The notes: generated by a model not told the origin, from the sequence alone. DNA of 64,000 bases from an uncultured cyanobacterium (GCA_963744145.1 CAVUSO010000001.1:2336001-2400000), one strand, 5' to 3'; positions 30,321 through 41,685 are shown, counted from the stretch's first letter. Translations and numbers: made by a program.

Positions 30321-32348
30321 ATGGATTTAGAAACATTACTTGAGCGAATAAATATTGGAGAAGACCAAGACATAGAATTTAAGTCTGCCGACGGCGGTTT
30401 TCCCAAGGAAGTTTGGAAAACTGTATCAGCTTTTGCCAATACAGATGGCGGCTATATTGTTCTAGGTGTCACAGAAAATCGAAATAGATTCGAGATTACA
30501 GGTGTCCGCAATCCTAATGTTTTACTTAAAGAGTTTTGGAACAATCATAATAATCAGGAAAAACTAAGCTTTTCAATTTGCGATAATTCTGACGTGCAAA
30601 CTTTGAAGATAGAAAATCATAATTTAGTTATTATTAAAGTTCCCAGAGCAACCAGAACCCAACGCCCGGTTTATATTAATAAAAATCCCATGACGGGAAC
30701 CTATAAACGCAACCATGACGGCGATTATCCTTGCACGGATGATGAAGTTCGCCAAATGTTACGCGATGCGAGTAATGACCCTCAAGATATCCAAATTTTA
30801 GATAAATTTGGTCTGGGCGACCTCGATCCAGAAACTTTAAAATCTTTTCGTCAACGGTTTAGCTCTAGGGAACCGGATCATCCTTGGTTAGCATTAGACG
30901 ATCGCAATTTATTGATTCAGTTAGGTGGATGGCGGCGCGATAGAAACACTGATAAAGAAGGATTAACTATAGCTGGTTTACTGATGTTTGGGAGAGGAAA
31001 TAGTATTTTAGATGCACTGCCCCGCTATCAACTCGACTATCAAGAACGGCTGTCTAACAATCCAGAAGTTCGCTGGACATATAGATTGACACTTGATGGT
31101 AAATGGGAGCCTAATCTTTTCAATTTTTATTATCGCGTCTATAGTCGTTTAGTTAATGATTTAGATGTTCCCTTTAAACTAGATAAAGATGCTGTGAGGC
31201 GGGGAGAAACTCATGTCCATGAAGCGGTTAGGGAGGCTCTAGTAAATACTTTAATTCATGCCGATCATCTATCTTCTCGTCCTATTATAGTAACTAAATT
31301 TCCTAATGGTTTTTTATTCAATAATCCAGGTCGATTAAGGATTTCTATTCTGCAACTTTATGATGGGGGTATCAGCGATCCGCGCAATCCTAAACTGCAA
31401 ACGATGTTTCAAATGCTTGGTTTAGGTGAAAAAGCCGGATCGGGTTTTAAAAAGATTCTACGAGCCTGGAAAGAACAACAATGGTTTAGGCCATTAGTGT
31501 CAGAAAAATTCGATTTAGAGATGACATCAGTTGCGCTGCCGATGCTTAGTTTAATTCCTGAAAATGTCGAGCAAGAACTAAAAGAAATAGTGGGAGATAA
31601 TTACTGCCAACTAACAGAATTAGATCGAATTATTTTGGTACTAGCGCATCAGTTTGGAGAAATTAGTAATAGTGACATTCAGTGTTACAGACAGGAACAC
31701 CCTAGAGATATAGGAGAGTGCCTAAAGCACTTGGTCAATAACGGCTGGTTGGCGCAATCAGGACGTGGATGTGGAACCCAGTATTCTCTACCAAATAAAG
31801 GTCAACCGGATTTGCTTTCACTGCTACCAAGCTCCGAATATTATGAACCAAGCTCCGAATATTATGAACCAAGCTCCGAACATAACGAGTCTAGCTCCGA
31901 ACATAATCAGCCTAGCTCCGAACATAATCAGTCTAGCTCCGTGCATAATCAGTCTAGCTCCGTGCATAATCAGTCTAGCTCCGTGCATAATGATGAAAAT
32001 TTATTTTTACTAGAAATAGCGAATCCTGTTCGAGAGAAGAATCGGGTAAATCCTGAGTTGATGAGAGATACTATTCTAAAACTTTGCTCAGAAAGATATT
32101 TAACTGTAAAAAGATTAGCTGAACTATTGAATCGCAGTTCTGAAACAATTAGGAGTCATTACATTAATCCAATGTGGTCAGAAAAATTGCTTGAACTCAA
32201 ATACCCTGACGAGCCAACTCATCCGCAGCAAGCATACAGAACCTTATTGTCTCAAGGAATTAGCAAGATTTCTGATACTCCATCATCTTCCCAAACTCCA
32301 GAAAACACCGTTGACACCACCCATCCACCCACAACGCCGGAACCTTAA
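30321..32348 (+). CDS. Schlafen/AlbA_2 + RecG-like HATPase + HTH protein
   Basis: GEDQDIEFK, VSAFANTDGGYIVLGV, AVREALVNTLIHAD, PRNPKLQTMF..GEKAGSG and C-terminal PDEPTHPQQAY. Confidence 0.85.
   Translation: MDLETLLERINIGEDQDIEFKSADGGFPKEVWKTVSAFANTDGGYIVLGVTENRNRFEITGVRNPNVLLKEFWNNHNNQEKLSFSICDNSDVQTLKIENHNLVIIKVPRATRTQRPVYINKNPMTGTYKRNHDGDYPCTDDEVRQMLRDASNDPQDIQILDKFGLGDLDPETLKSFRQRFSSREPDHPWLALDDRNLLIQLGGWRRDRNTDKEGLTIAGLLMFGRGNSILDALPRYQLDYQERLSNNPEVRWTYRLTLDGKWEPNLFNFYYRVYSRLVNDLDVPFKLDKDAVRRGETHVHEAVREALVNTLIHADHLSSRPIIVTKFPNGFLFNNPGRLRISILQLYDGGISDPRNPKLQTMFQMLGLGEKAGSGFKKILRAWKEQQWFRPLVSEKFDLEMTSVALPMLSLIPENVEQELKEIVGDNYCQLTELDRIILVLAHQFGEISNSDIQCYRQEHPRDIGECLKHLVNNGWLAQSGRGCGTQYSLPNKGQPDLLSLLPSSEYYEPSSEYYEPSSEHNESSSEHNQPSSEHNQSSSVHNQSSSVHNQSSSVHNDENLFLLEIANPVREKNRVNPELMRDTILKLCSERYLTVKRLAELLNRSSETIRSHYINPMWSEKLLELKYPDEPTHPQQAYRTLLSQGISKISDTPSSSQTPENTVDTTHPPTTPEP
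31828..31991 (+). repeat. ~8 tandem 21-nt coding repeats (SSE/VHNQS-type heptads)
   Basis: C(A/T)AGCTCCG(AA/TG)(T/C)AT(T/A)A... units in frame within the ATPase gene. Confidence 0.9.
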
Positions 32349-32677
32349 ACCTAGCCCCAGATGCAGATGATTTTCATTCATGGCGCGAACAGAACCCTAG
32401 TCAGCCTTGTCCTCCAGGTTTAACAGAATGTCAAACTTGTGGTCTTTCTGTGTTTACTACAGAAGAAGGTGTCTGTACTGCTCTCCGGAGAAAACCTTTC
32501 CTGCGGAAAAAGAAACCAGCATTAGGTACTTTAACGTCTGAGTTTGGAGTGATACTGAATACACCTTCCCAAGGAAAGAAAGGAACAGGTGAAAATCATC
32601 ACACTTGGTGGGTTTCCCTGAATGCTGAACCCTGGAAAGTGTTTCATGTCATCACTATTACTTGCCCAGATCCCTGA
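32348..32677 (+). pseudogene. 5'-truncated hypothetical gene
   Basis: The frame of ORF 32450..32677 extends upstream as NLAPDADDFHSWREQNP..ECQTCGLSVF without an ATG, and contains HHTWW near its end. Confidence 0.45.
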
Positions 32678-32690
32678 ATAAGGTATACCT

Positions 32691-33068
32691 ATGAAACTTC
32701 TTCCACAATCCACTCAGTTAGGAAAGCTGGAATTAATCGAGGTGTATGAATATTATGATACACCCTGCCTTTTTTCTTGTCGGAACGCATCAGGACATCT
32801 ATTTATAGCTATTTTGTTTGACCAAACAAAAAGATTAGAAAAATGGCTTTACGCCTCTATGTCTCAACGTAGATTTGAAAATATTCGCGCCGGCTTAATT
32901 GATCTACGAAATACTTTTTTAAATTCAGAAGATGGATTTGTTTATGAAGTTATTATTAATTCAGATAATAGCCCTGATCGAGTTGAAATTATCTGGTGTG
33001 AAAATCTAATTGATGATTGGTTGCCAATGCCCAATGAGTTTATTGAGTTTGGGAACGCTCATTTTTAG
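32691..33068 (+). CDS. Conserved hypothetical protein (DUF6575-like)
   Basis: LGKLELIEVYEYYDTPCLFSCRN..WLYA..DDWLP. The family call is from memory. Confidence 0.55.
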   Translation: MKLLPQSTQLGKLELIEVYEYYDTPCLFSCRNASGHLFIAILFDQTKRLEKWLYASMSQRRFENIRAGLIDLRNTFLNSEDGFVYEVIINSDNSPDRVEIIWCENLIDDWLPMPNEFIEFGNAHF

Positions 33069-33232
33069 CCCTGTTTATAGCGAGTTGCACTGGCTGTTTG
33101 GCGATCGGCAAAAATTGCTTTCCAGTTAGAAGAAGATTTCCAAAAAAAGTCCAGGTATTATTAATTTAATATTAGATCCGAATCATGTTCAAATCAGTAG
33201 AGCGAATCATCCACGCTCTACTAACTCGCACA

Positions 33233-34387
33233 TTAATTGCGTAACTGCACGGGCATAACTAGACAAATCATCTTTAACCCAGCTAAAGGTGTTAAAATTA
33301 CTGGACTAGTAGCATTATTCAATTGAATTTGAATCTCATAAGCAGGAAGAGCTTTTAAACCTTCCATCAGATAGCGCACATTAAAAGCAATATCCAATGA
33401 ATCTCCAGATATTTTAGCAGCACAGGAATCTTTGCCACTACCAACATCTTGAGCTTCTACGGAAAGATCCATCTGCTGATTTTCACTGTCAATGCTGAAC
33501 TTAACTACATTATTTTTTTGATCAGCTAAAACAGCAATCCGTTCCAAACTACTTACTAATTGTCGTCGATCGACTGTAATTTGACGTTCAAACTGTTTGG
33601 GGAGAAGTTGACGATAGTTGGGATATTGACCCTCAAGGGTACGACTGGTTAAACGTTGATCACCCCATTCAAATATTACTTGACCTTGATCAAAATGAAG
33701 CGCTATGGTTTCTGTCGCTTTAAGCGCACCTAACATTCTTTCTACTTCTCGTAAAGCTCGAGCGGGAACTGTCACCTCAAACTCTTCAACATCAACATCA
33801 TCATCTGATTCTGAATCATCAGCAGTTTCAATCGTGCTTTGGACAATTGCTAATCGGTGTCCATCGGTCGCGGCAAATTCTAAACTATCTTGACTGAGCT
33901 TCATGTGAACTCCTGTGAGTACCTGCTTAGTTTCATCCGCACTGGTAGCAAACAGAGAACCACGCAATCCATCAATGAGAGTTTCCGAGGGTAAATGAAT
34001 AATTTGACCATTTTCAATTAATGGTAATTCAGGGAACTCCTGTGCATCCATTCCCCTGACTTTATAGCGTCCAGATTTATAGCTCAAAGTAATAAATGCT
34101 TCTTCCGTTTCATCATCGAGGGTAATTTCACCATCTGGCAGACGGGCAACAATATCATTAAGTAGTTTAGCTGGTAAAGTAAAGGTGCCACCAGTTTCAA
34201 TTTGAGCACTAAAAGTAGTTTGAATCCCTAGACTGAGATCGAAAGCAGTGAGCTGTACTCGCTGATTGTCTGCATCTGCTTTTAATAATACATTAGCCAA
34301 GACTGGATGGGTCGGACGTGAAGGAACAGCCCGACTGACGAGGGACAAATTGGCACTAAGATCGTTTTGGGAGCAAACCAATTTCAT
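33233..34387 (-). CDS. dnaN: DNA polymerase III beta clamp
   Basis: SRAVPSRPTHPVLANV, AATDGHRL, IAFNVRYL and LVMPVQLR. Confidence 0.97.
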   Translation of the reverse strand: MKLVCSQNDLSANLSLVSRAVPSRPTHPVLANVLLKADADNQRVQLTAFDLSLGIQTTFSAQIETGGTFTLPAKLLNDIVARLPDGEITLDDETEEAFITLSYKSGRYKVRGMDAQEFPELPLIENGQIIHLPSETLIDGLRGSLFATSADETKQVLTGVHMKLSQDSLEFAATDGHRLAIVQSTIETADDSESDDDVDVEEFEVTVPARALREVERMLGALKATETIALHFDQGQVIFEWGDQRLTSRTLEGQYPNYRQLLPKQFERQITVDRRQLVSSLERIAVLADQKNNVVKFSIDSENQQMDLSVEAQDVGSGKDSCAAKISGDSLDIAFNVRYLMEGLKALPAYEIQIQLNNATSPVILTPLAGLKMICLVMPVQLRN

Positions 34388-34815
34388 GGGTGTTTCAGAC
34401 GAAGATGATGTTGAGGTGGGATATATTATTCCTACTGATCAATGACAAGCTGGTTAGACTAGGAGTTGAGATCAGTATTGTTAATTGTAAGCAAAAGCAG
34501 ATATTACCATGTTGAATTGCTGGGAGCTACCTCAATCGACGACTTCCTACTATATTAGACAAGAAAGCAAAAGTCAAAAATATTTGTTTGTAGTAAGGGC
34601 TGTCTTCCCTCGATTATTGAGCATTAGGGGACTAAAGTCCCTACTACAAACGATACTTTTGCAAGAAGTCTATTTACTTGTGGAAAATGTGGAAAATTTG
34701 CACAAATGCTGATCTGACATAGATCAACTTGCTTCCGCTCCTGTGGAAAACTTGTGGAAAAAAGTCCAGTTTTTCCACAGGGTATTTATACTAAAGAAGG
34801 TTCCAGTGAGCTTAA
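34388..34815. other. Probable oriC with a DnaA-box cluster
   Basis: TGTGGAAAA at 34679, 34688, 34742 and 34753, plus TTTTCCACA at 34771 (cyanobacterial DnaA-box consensus), between dnaA and dnaN. Confidence 0.8.
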
Positions 34816-36204
34816 TTAAGATTTTTTGGGAAATTTACTGGCAAAATTAATCCGATCGCTAAGTTGACGCAAAGTTTGGGAGATGGTCGGGTCGGACTCT
34901 TTCAATTGAGCAACTTTCTCACAACTATACATCACGGTAGTATGGTCTTTACCTCCAAACTCTTCTCCAATCCTGGGTAAACTCAAATCGGTATGGTGAC
35001 GCATTAAATACATGGCAATTTGACGAGCTTGACTAATTTCTCTCCGACGGGAATTGCTTTTTAAATCCTCGATCGAAACATTAAACACCTCTGCAACTAC
35101 ATTTAATACTGATCCCGGTGTCGCTTCCACTTTCTCTGTGGGTGGATTTAAAATTGGTGCAATATTTTCTACCGTCATCGGTAACCCGGAAATAGAAATA
35201 TAAGCTACAGTGCGAATCAACGCACCTTCTAATTCCCGAATATTAGAAGTATAACTAGAAGCAATATACTCAATCACCTGTCGGGGTAAACGCATATTTT
35301 CATATTCTGCCTTTTTTTGTAAAATTGCCATGCGAGTTTCCAAATCAGGTGGTTGAATATCCGCAATTAATCCCATGGAAAACCGCGAACATAGACGTTC
35401 CTGTAACTGGGGAATATGATTAGGTGGGCGATCGCTAGCTAAAACCACCTGTTTTCCCGATTCATGTAAAGTATTAAAAGTATGAAAAAACTCTTCCTGA
35501 GTATATTCTTTACCTTCAATAAACTGAATATCATCCACCAACAACACATCTGCTGCTCGATAGTGTTCACGGAAACTCTGCATACTATCTTTGCGAATTG
35601 CCGCAATCAAATCATTAGTAAACTTTTCTGTAGAAACATAAAAAATATTCGCATCTGGGTCAATTTCCAAGCGATAATGACCTATTGCTTGCATCAAATG
35701 AGTTTTCCCTAAACCAACTCCTCCACATAAAAATAAAGGATTAAACTCTCGACCAGGGGATTCAGCTACTGCGAGGGAAGCAGCATGGGCCATTCGACTA
35801 TTAGAACCAACCACAAATCGGGAAAAAACATATTTAGGATTAAGTTCTGCTGGTCTGGGTCGATGATTTTGCTGATTTTCGGGAGCATCAGGACTAACAG
35901 TTGATGACCAAAAACTCTCCGCTTCCCCTGAATTAACAGTTTCTTGGTCTGAAGCTGTAGTAATGTAGATATCAACGGGATTACCAACAATATCTTGCAC
36001 CACATCAGCAATCGTTTTGATGTAATACTTCTGTAACCAATTACGAGCAAAGGGGTTAGGAGTAAGAATCACCAAACAATTATTTTCCAATTGCTGAGGA
36101 CTAGCAGTTTTGATCCAAGTTTCAAAGGTGGGTCGGCTTAGTTGGACATGAAGACGTTCAAGTACCTGACTCCAGAGACTGTTAAGGGAAATTTCGTTGG
36201 TCAT
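34816..36204 (-). CDS. dnaA: Chromosomal replication initiator
   Basis: [34 protein letters not shown] and [10 protein letters not shown]. Confidence 0.98.
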   Translation of the reverse strand: MTNEISLNSLWSQVLERLHVQLSRPTFETWIKTASPQQLENNCLVILTPNPFARNWLQKYYIKTIADVVQDIVGNPVDIYITTASDQETVNSGEAESFWSSTVSPDAPENQQNHRPRPAELNPKYVFSRFVVGSNSRMAHAASLAVAESPGREFNPLFLCGGVGLGKTHLMQAIGHYRLEIDPDANIFYVSTEKFTNDLIAAIRKDSMQSFREHYRAADVLLVDDIQFIEGKEYTQEEFFHTFNTLHESGKQVVLASDRPPNHIPQLQERLCSRFSMGLIADIQPPDLETRMAILQKKAEYENMRLPRQVIEYIASSYTSNIRELEGALIRTVAYISISGLPMTVENIAPILNPPTEKVEATPGSVLNVVAEVFNVSIEDLKSNSRRREISQARQIAMYLMRHHTDLSLPRIGEEFGGKDHTTVMYSCEKVAQLKESDPTISQTLRQLSDRINFASKFPKKS

Positions 36205-36319
36205 AGGTCATAGCTCAAAGTTAAACATAATGAACTTGTCCAAAATTGGCAAATATAAGATTGACATCCTCTCAAAGTACAGTTATCTCACCAAATTTTC
36301 TGAAAGGAACAGGGAAAAT

Positions 36320-37606
36320 ATGGATTTTGAAGCGACTTCTTCTCCTCATCTAGATCACCCTGAGAGTGGGTCAATAGCTGACCACCTAGCGCCCATCCAT
36401 TGTGAATTACCTGAAAAAAAACCAGCAATTTATCTGTTACTACTGCTAGCAGTCACAGGAATAACGGGTTTAAATGGTTGTCAGAGAAACCCCGATGTAC
36501 CTTCCTCCATCGCAATTGAACGCACTACATCGTCTCCTGTTGCCACATTACCCAAACAACCTAATCAAAACATTAATGTAGATTCTAATTTTATCGTTAC
36601 TGTGGTGGAAAAGGTAGGACCAGCCGTAGTGCGTATTGATTCTTCACGTACAATCAGTCAAAATCAAGGAAATGAATGGGATGAACCCTTGCTCCGTCGC
36701 TTTTCTGGTCGTAATCCTGCAAGCGATCGCGTTGAACGAGGTACCGGTTCTGGCTTTTTAATTAGTGCTGATGGACAAGTTCTCACTAATGCTCATGTCA
36801 TTAATGGTGCCGATCGGGTAAATGTCAAACTCAAGGATGGTCGCAGTTTTGCAGGTAAGGTCTTAGGAGAAGACCCCTTAACTGATGTTGCAGTGGTGAA
36901 AATTCAGTCCACTAATTTACCAACTGTAGCTTTAGGAAATTCTGATTATTTACGCTCTGGAGAATGGGCGATCGCAATTGGTAATCCTTTAGGTTTAGAT
37001 AATAGTGTTACGATCGGCATTGTTAGTGCTACTGAACGCTCTAGTAGTCAAATTGGTGTCCCCGATAAGCGGGTGGGTTTTATTCAAACTGATGCTGCGA
37101 TTAATCCGGGTAATTCTGGTGGACCCCTATTAAATGCTAGTGGTGAAGTAATTGGGATTAATACGGCAATTATTCAGGGTGCCCAAGGGTTAGGTTTTGC
37201 GATTCCGATTAACACAGCTCAACAAATTGCCCAACAGTTGATTACGAAAGGAAAAGTCCAACATGCTTATTTGGGGATAGTAATGGTCACATTAACACCA
37301 GAAATTAAGCAAAAAATTAATCATGATTCCCAAGGTCAGACCAAGATTCAAGAAGATGATGGTGTGTTAATTGTCCGTGTTGTGCCCAAATCACCTGCTG
37401 CGATCGCAGATCTTCGTCCTGGAGATATTATTAAAAAGCTGAATGAGCAATCGATTCAGAAGACCGAGCAAGTACAACAAATTATTGAAAATACCGGAAT
37501 TGGTGCTAATCTAAAAGTACAACTACGTCGGAATGGCAAGACTATGAATGTTACCGTGCAACCAGGTGATTTACCTGTGCGCTCAACTCGTCGTCAACCA
37601 CAGTAA
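36320..37606 (+). CDS. HtrA/HhoA-family serine protease with PDZ domain
   Basis: GTGSGF, LTNAHV, TDVAVVK and [16 protein letters not shown]. The start is probably MDFEAT at 36320. Confidence 0.92.
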   Translation: MDFEATSSPHLDHPESGSIADHLAPIHCELPEKKPAIYLLLLLAVTGITGLNGCQRNPDVPSSIAIERTTSSPVATLPKQPNQNINVDSNFIVTVVEKVGPAVVRIDSSRTISQNQGNEWDEPLLRRFSGRNPASDRVERGTGSGFLISADGQVLTNAHVINGADRVNVKLKDGRSFAGKVLGEDPLTDVAVVKIQSTNLPTVALGNSDYLRSGEWAIAIGNPLGLDNSVTIGIVSATERSSSQIGVPDKRVGFIQTDAAINPGNSGGPLLNASGEVIGINTAIIQGAQGLGFAIPINTAQQIAQQLITKGKVQHAYLGIVMVTLTPEIKQKINHDSQGQTKIQEDDGVLIVRVVPKSPAAIADLRPGDIIKKLNEQSIQKTEQVQQIIENTGIGANLKVQLRRNGKTMNVTVQPGDLPVRSTRRQPQ

Positions 37607-37613
37607 ATTAATT

Positions 37614-38147
37614 ATGTCGGAAATCTTGTCAGTCTCCCAATTAGGTAATCCGGTTCTTCGTCAACCAGCTCAACCGATCGCTAATGTTAATGATCTAGAT
37701 CTGCAAAAGCTGATTGATGATTTAATTACTACCGTTACTCATACTAATGGAGTCGGGATTGCTTCTCCTCAAGTTGCTCAACCCTATTGTTTGTTTATAG
37801 TCGCATCTCATCCTAATCCTCGTTATCCTGCTGCACCCATGATGGAACCTACCGCAATGATTAATCCCAAAATTATTGACCATAATGATGAAATTGTCAA
37901 AGATTGGGAGGGTTGTTTAAGTGTTCCGGGAATTAGAGGGTTAGTACCTAGATATAAAACAATTGAAGTTGAATATATTAATCGAGCTGGGGATTTACAC
38001 CGACAAGTATTAACTGATTTTGTAGCGAGAATTTTTCAGCATGAATATGATCATTTAGATGGGATTGTATTTTTAGATCGAGTGGAAAGTACCTTGGAGA
38101 TGATGACGGAGGTGGAATATCAGCAACGGATTGTTAATCGAACCTAG
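37614..38147 (+). CDS. def: Peptide deformylase
   Basis: GVGIASPQ, EGCLS and QHEYDHLDG. Confidence 0.95.
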   Translation: MSEILSVSQLGNPVLRQPAQPIANVNDLDLQKLIDDLITTVTHTNGVGIASPQVAQPYCLFIVASHPNPRYPAAPMMEPTAMINPKIIDHNDEIVKDWEGCLSVPGIRGLVPRYKTIEVEYINRAGDLHRQVLTDFVARIFQHEYDHLDGIVFLDRVESTLEMMTEVEYQQRIVNRT

Positions 38148-38170
38148 ATTAGGATATCTCAGAAGAAGAA

Positions 38171-38241
38171 GGGCGAAGCATTCGGATATAATATTAACAG
38201 ACTTAAGCGATTAATTATCGCCCGAATGCTTCGCCCCTACA
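38171..38241. repeat. REP-like inverted repeat
   Basis: GGGCGAAGCATTCGG ... CCGAATGCTTCGCCCCTAC; related copies occur at 53688-53978. Confidence 0.75.
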
Positions 38242-38280
38242 GTTAACTGAACGGTATTGTTCTATAACTAAGAGGATAAA

Positions 38281-38871
38281 ATGACGATTAATCTCGAAAA
38301 AGGACAACGGATCTCCCTTTCTAAAGCAGCACGAGGATTAGCAAAAATTAAGTGTGGATTGGGTTGGGATGTCGGGAAGAAATCAGGAGCTTTTAGTAAT
38401 GTACCTGATTATGATTTAGATGCTTCAGTAATCTGTTTAAATGGAAATGGTAAACTGGATCATGAAAACAATATCATTTATTTTGGGAATTTGTCCCACA
38501 GTTCGGGAGGGATTACTCATTTAGGAGATAATATCACAGGTGCAGGAGAAGGAGATGATGAGCAGGTAATTGTTGATTTAACTAAAATTCCAACAGCGAT
38601 CGCCAGATTGGTTTTTACTGTTAATATTTATGATTGTATTGCTCGTCAACAAGAATTTGCCCAGGTGCAAAATGCTTTTGTCCGTCTGGTAAATGTTTCT
38701 AATAATCAAGAAATCGCTCGTTACAATTTATCTGGGGCTGAATATAAAGAAATGACGGGTATGATTATGGTAGAAATATATCGAGATCATCATCATGAGT
38801 GGAAAATGACAGCGATCGGCAATGGTGTTAAAGTTAATGGATTAGGAGATTTAGCTAAGACCTACACTTAG
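38281..38871 (+). CDS. TerD-family stress protein
   Basis: INLEKGQRISL, GLGWD, DLDAS and GDNITGAGEGDDE. Confidence 0.92.
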   Translation: MTINLEKGQRISLSKAARGLAKIKCGLGWDVGKKSGAFSNVPDYDLDASVICLNGNGKLDHENNIIYFGNLSHSSGGITHLGDNITGAGEGDDEQVIVDLTKIPTAIARLVFTVNIYDCIARQQEFAQVQNAFVRLVNVSNNQEIARYNLSGAEYKEMTGMIMVEIYRDHHHEWKMTAIGNGVKVNGLGDLAKTYT

Positions 38872-39021
38872 TCTCCCTAGATCAACCATAATTTACTTGT
38901 TTGCAGGAGTGAAAGTTATGACAATTAAAACCAGAAATCTTTTTTGAATTTGGTTGGTAGTAAGTGTTTGATGCTGACTACCAACTGCTAAGAGCATAAA
39001 ATTATAACCAGGACTTAACCG

Positions 39022-39594
39022 ATGTTTTCTACAGTAACAGATAAAATATGTTGGACAACTAGCGATTTAGAGCTATTTCCTGATAATGACAACCGTTATG
39101 AGATTATTGATGGAGATTTATTTGTGACGAGATCCCCTGATTGGAAACATCAAGAAGTCTGTGTAAAAGTTGCTACTAAACTTGAAATATGGTCAACTCA
39201 AACTAATCAGGGTAGAACTGCTTTTGCACCAGGATTAATTTTTACAGATGCTGATCATGTTATTCCTGATGTAGTTTGGGTTAGTAATGAACGTTTAGCA
39301 GAAATTATTGATCCAGCAGGACATTTAATTGGTGCTCCCGAATTAGTTGTTGAGGTTCTTTCTCCCGGAGAAGTACAACAAAAAAGAGATCGGGAGTTGA
39401 AACTCAAGTTGTATTCAGTTCAAGGAGTTAGGGAATATTGGATTTGCGATCGCTTCCAAATAAAAATTGAAGTTTATCGTCGCGACAATGGGATTTTAAA
39501 ATTAGCTGCTACTTTATTTACAGAAGATCATTTAACCAGTCCTCTTTTACCTGGATTTAGTTGTCCTGTTCATCAGTTATTTCCTGATCATTGA
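39022..39594 (+). CDS. Uma2-family endonuclease-like protein
   Basis: RYEIIDGDL..IPDVVW..APELVVEVLSPG..GVREYWI. Confidence 0.92.
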   Translation: MFSTVTDKICWTTSDLELFPDNDNRYEIIDGDLFVTRSPDWKHQEVCVKVATKLEIWSTQTNQGRTAFAPGLIFTDADHVIPDVVWVSNERLAEIIDPAGHLIGAPELVVEVLSPGEVQQKRDRELKLKLYSVQGVREYWICDRFQIKIEVYRRDNGILKLAATLFTEDHLTSPLLPGFSCPVHQLFPDH

Positions 39595-40274
39595 TAAAGT
39601 AAAGGGTCTTGTAATCCTAATTCTGCAAAAGCTGCTAATCTTAAACGACAAGCATCACATTGACCACAAGCTAACTCATCACCAGCATAACAAGACCAAG
39701 TTTCTTCCCAAGGTACACCCAATTGATTACCTAATTGGATGATTTCCGTTTTCTTTAATTCTAACAATGGACTCACGATCGCGATCGCTTGTCCTTCTCG
39801 ACCTTGTTTTGTCCCTAAGCGAAACACTTCTTGCATTGCTTGAATATAATCTGGACGACAATCAGGATAACCAGAATAATCTAAAGCATTGACACCTATA
39901 TACACAAAATTAGCACTAATAGTTTCCGCATAAGCAAGAGCAAAACTTAAAAAAATTGTATTGCGAGCGGGAACATAGGTAACAGGAATATGGCTAGACA
40001 TTTCTGCTAAAGTGCGATCGCGTGGTAATTCTATTTGTTCATCTGTTAAAGCTGAACCACCCCACCGACGTAAATCAAAACTCACGATCTGATGGTCAAC
40101 TATTCGAGCTGACTGAGCAACTAACTTAGCTGATCCTAATTCGCGTCGATGTCTTTGGTGATAATCAAACGAAAGAGCATAGCATTCACATCCATCTGCT
40201 TTCGCTTGGTATAGAACCGTAGATGAATCTAATCCACCTGATAATAAAACAACAGCTTTTTTTCTAGTAGTCAT
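39588..40274 (-). CDS. queC: 7-cyano-7-deazaguanine synthase
   Basis: LLSGGLDS, TYVPARNTIF, GYPDCR and WSCY..CGQCDACRLR. Confidence 0.97.
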   Translation of the reverse strand: MTTRKKAVVLLSGGLDSSTVLYQAKADGCECYALSFDYHQRHRRELGSAKLVAQSARIVDHQIVSFDLRRWGGSALTDEQIELPRDRTLAEMSSHIPVTYVPARNTIFLSFALAYAETISANFVYIGVNALDYSGYPDCRPDYIQAMQEVFRLGTKQGREGQAIAIVSPLLELKKTEIIQLGNQLGVPWEETWSCYAGDELACGQCDACRLRLAAFAELGLQDPLLYQ

Positions 40275-40302
40275 AATTGCTCAAAAATCTGATAATTTTT
40301 TA

Positions 40303-40860
40303 TCATCTAATGTGAAAATGTGGTTCATGATAAAACTGAAGTCTACCATAACCGAGAAATTGACCATAAGGATTTTCCCCCATCGGAAAAGCTGTTACTC
40401 CAAATAAATATATACCATCAAATTGAGGATTATGCACAGGATAAAGTCCAATTTTCACCTTTGTCCCTGGGGAAACAGGTGGATCAAATACTACTGATAC
40501 AGTACGGGTCTTCTCATCTCTACTCACCGAACCCAGTTTCAACTTTTGTTCCTTTTTTCCGGGTATTTGGACAAAAGCCTCGGTACTTTTCAGATAAAAT
40601 TCTATATTATCTCCACCTTGGTACTGATTAATCTTTACCTGTTCTAAAGGTTCCCCAGCATTTTCGGGTAAATTCAGGGTGAAATAATAAGTTGCACCCC
40701 AAACATAAGTATCGTTAAAGGTAGTCCTAACTGAGAGCAGAGCTGGAGGTTGAACAAAGTAAACCTTACCGTCTGATAGTTGGACTCCTTGAGCCCAGGG
40801 ACTGACACCTACCCAAATTCCTGTTCCGATCATTAATCTTAACCATCGGTAATTTCTCAT
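40303..40860 (-). CDS. Cyanobacterial secreted protein (DUF2808-like)
   Basis: Signal peptide; FDPPVSPG..NPQFDGIYLFGVTAFP..FLGYGRL. Confidence 0.75.
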   Translation of the reverse strand: MRNYRWLRLMIGTGIWVGVSPWAQGVQLSDGKVYFVQPPALLSVRTTFNDTYVWGATYYFTLNLPENAGEPLEQVKINQYQGGDNIEFYLKSTEAFVQIPGKKEQKLKLGSVSRDEKTRTVSVVFDPPVSPGTKVKIGLYPVHNPQFDGIYLFGVTAFPMGENPYGQFLGYGRLQFYHEPHFHIR

Positions 40861-41091
40861 ATTTCTCCTCCTAACCTGACCCGCTCTTGACCAAAATCAC
40901 CCCAATCATTAAATTTGCCCTACTATATTTTGCTTAAATTCAGTAATTTCTTAATATTTCTTATCAAAATCTCATCAGTATCTGAGAAGTTGTCATGACT
41001 TAGATTGTAGCAATTTGAAACAATATTTCATATTTTTTGCCAACGGCATTCGCTAAGATCAAAAGTAAAGAAGGTAAGTAGAGGTGATCTG

Positions 41092-41637
41092 ATGACTGCG
41101 ATCGCGCCAATGCCATTAAAACGACCACTATGTCAAACAATAGCTATTTTTACTCTAGCCTTTTGGCTAAGTAGTAGCCTAGTGTTAGATTTGGTAATTA
41201 TGCCTAGTTTGTACGTGAGTGGGATGATGACTGAAGCTGGTTTTGCCCCAACTGCATATTTAATTTTCTGGCTATTTAATCGAATTGAATTAATTTGTGC
41301 AGCTTTGGTATTAACCGTATTATTAGTGCTTCGCAATTTACCCAATCCTGCGCTCCGGTTAGGAGGGAAAGCAATTTTATTATCTGTCATTTTGTTAGTA
41401 GTTGCTTTAGTTGATACCTACGGTTTAACTCCCCAGATGAGTGCTTTAGGGATGCAGTTAAATCTTTTTGAGGTGGCTACAACTACTCCAGCAGGAATGA
41501 ATCAATTGCATCAAAGTTATTGGATTTTAGAATTAATCAAAGTAACAATTGCGGGCATCATATTAGGTTGGTGCTATAATAACTATACCGCCAACAATTG
41601 GTCAAAAAAAGTTCAAACTGGTTCCCAAGCTTCCTAA
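41092..41637 (+). CDS. Membrane protein (DUF4149-like)
   Basis: Four hydrophobic segments; FNRIEL..LTPQM..LHQSYWILE. Confidence 0.7.
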   Translation: MTAIAPMPLKRPLCQTIAIFTLAFWLSSSLVLDLVIMPSLYVSGMMTEAGFAPTAYLIFWLFNRIELICAALVLTVLLVLRNLPNPALRLGGKAILLSVILLVVALVDTYGLTPQMSALGMQLNLFEVATTTPAGMNQLHQSYWILELIKVTIAGIILGWCYNNYTANNWSKKVQTGSQAS

Positions 41638-41685
41638 ATCAAGCGGTTCTGTTCATGGTTCTGGGAAAATGAACCATGAACAAAA

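Noticed and set aside
34509..34712. 67-aa ORF between dnaN and dnaA
   Set aside because: It runs through a REP-like palindrome and the DnaA boxes, so it is likely spurious.
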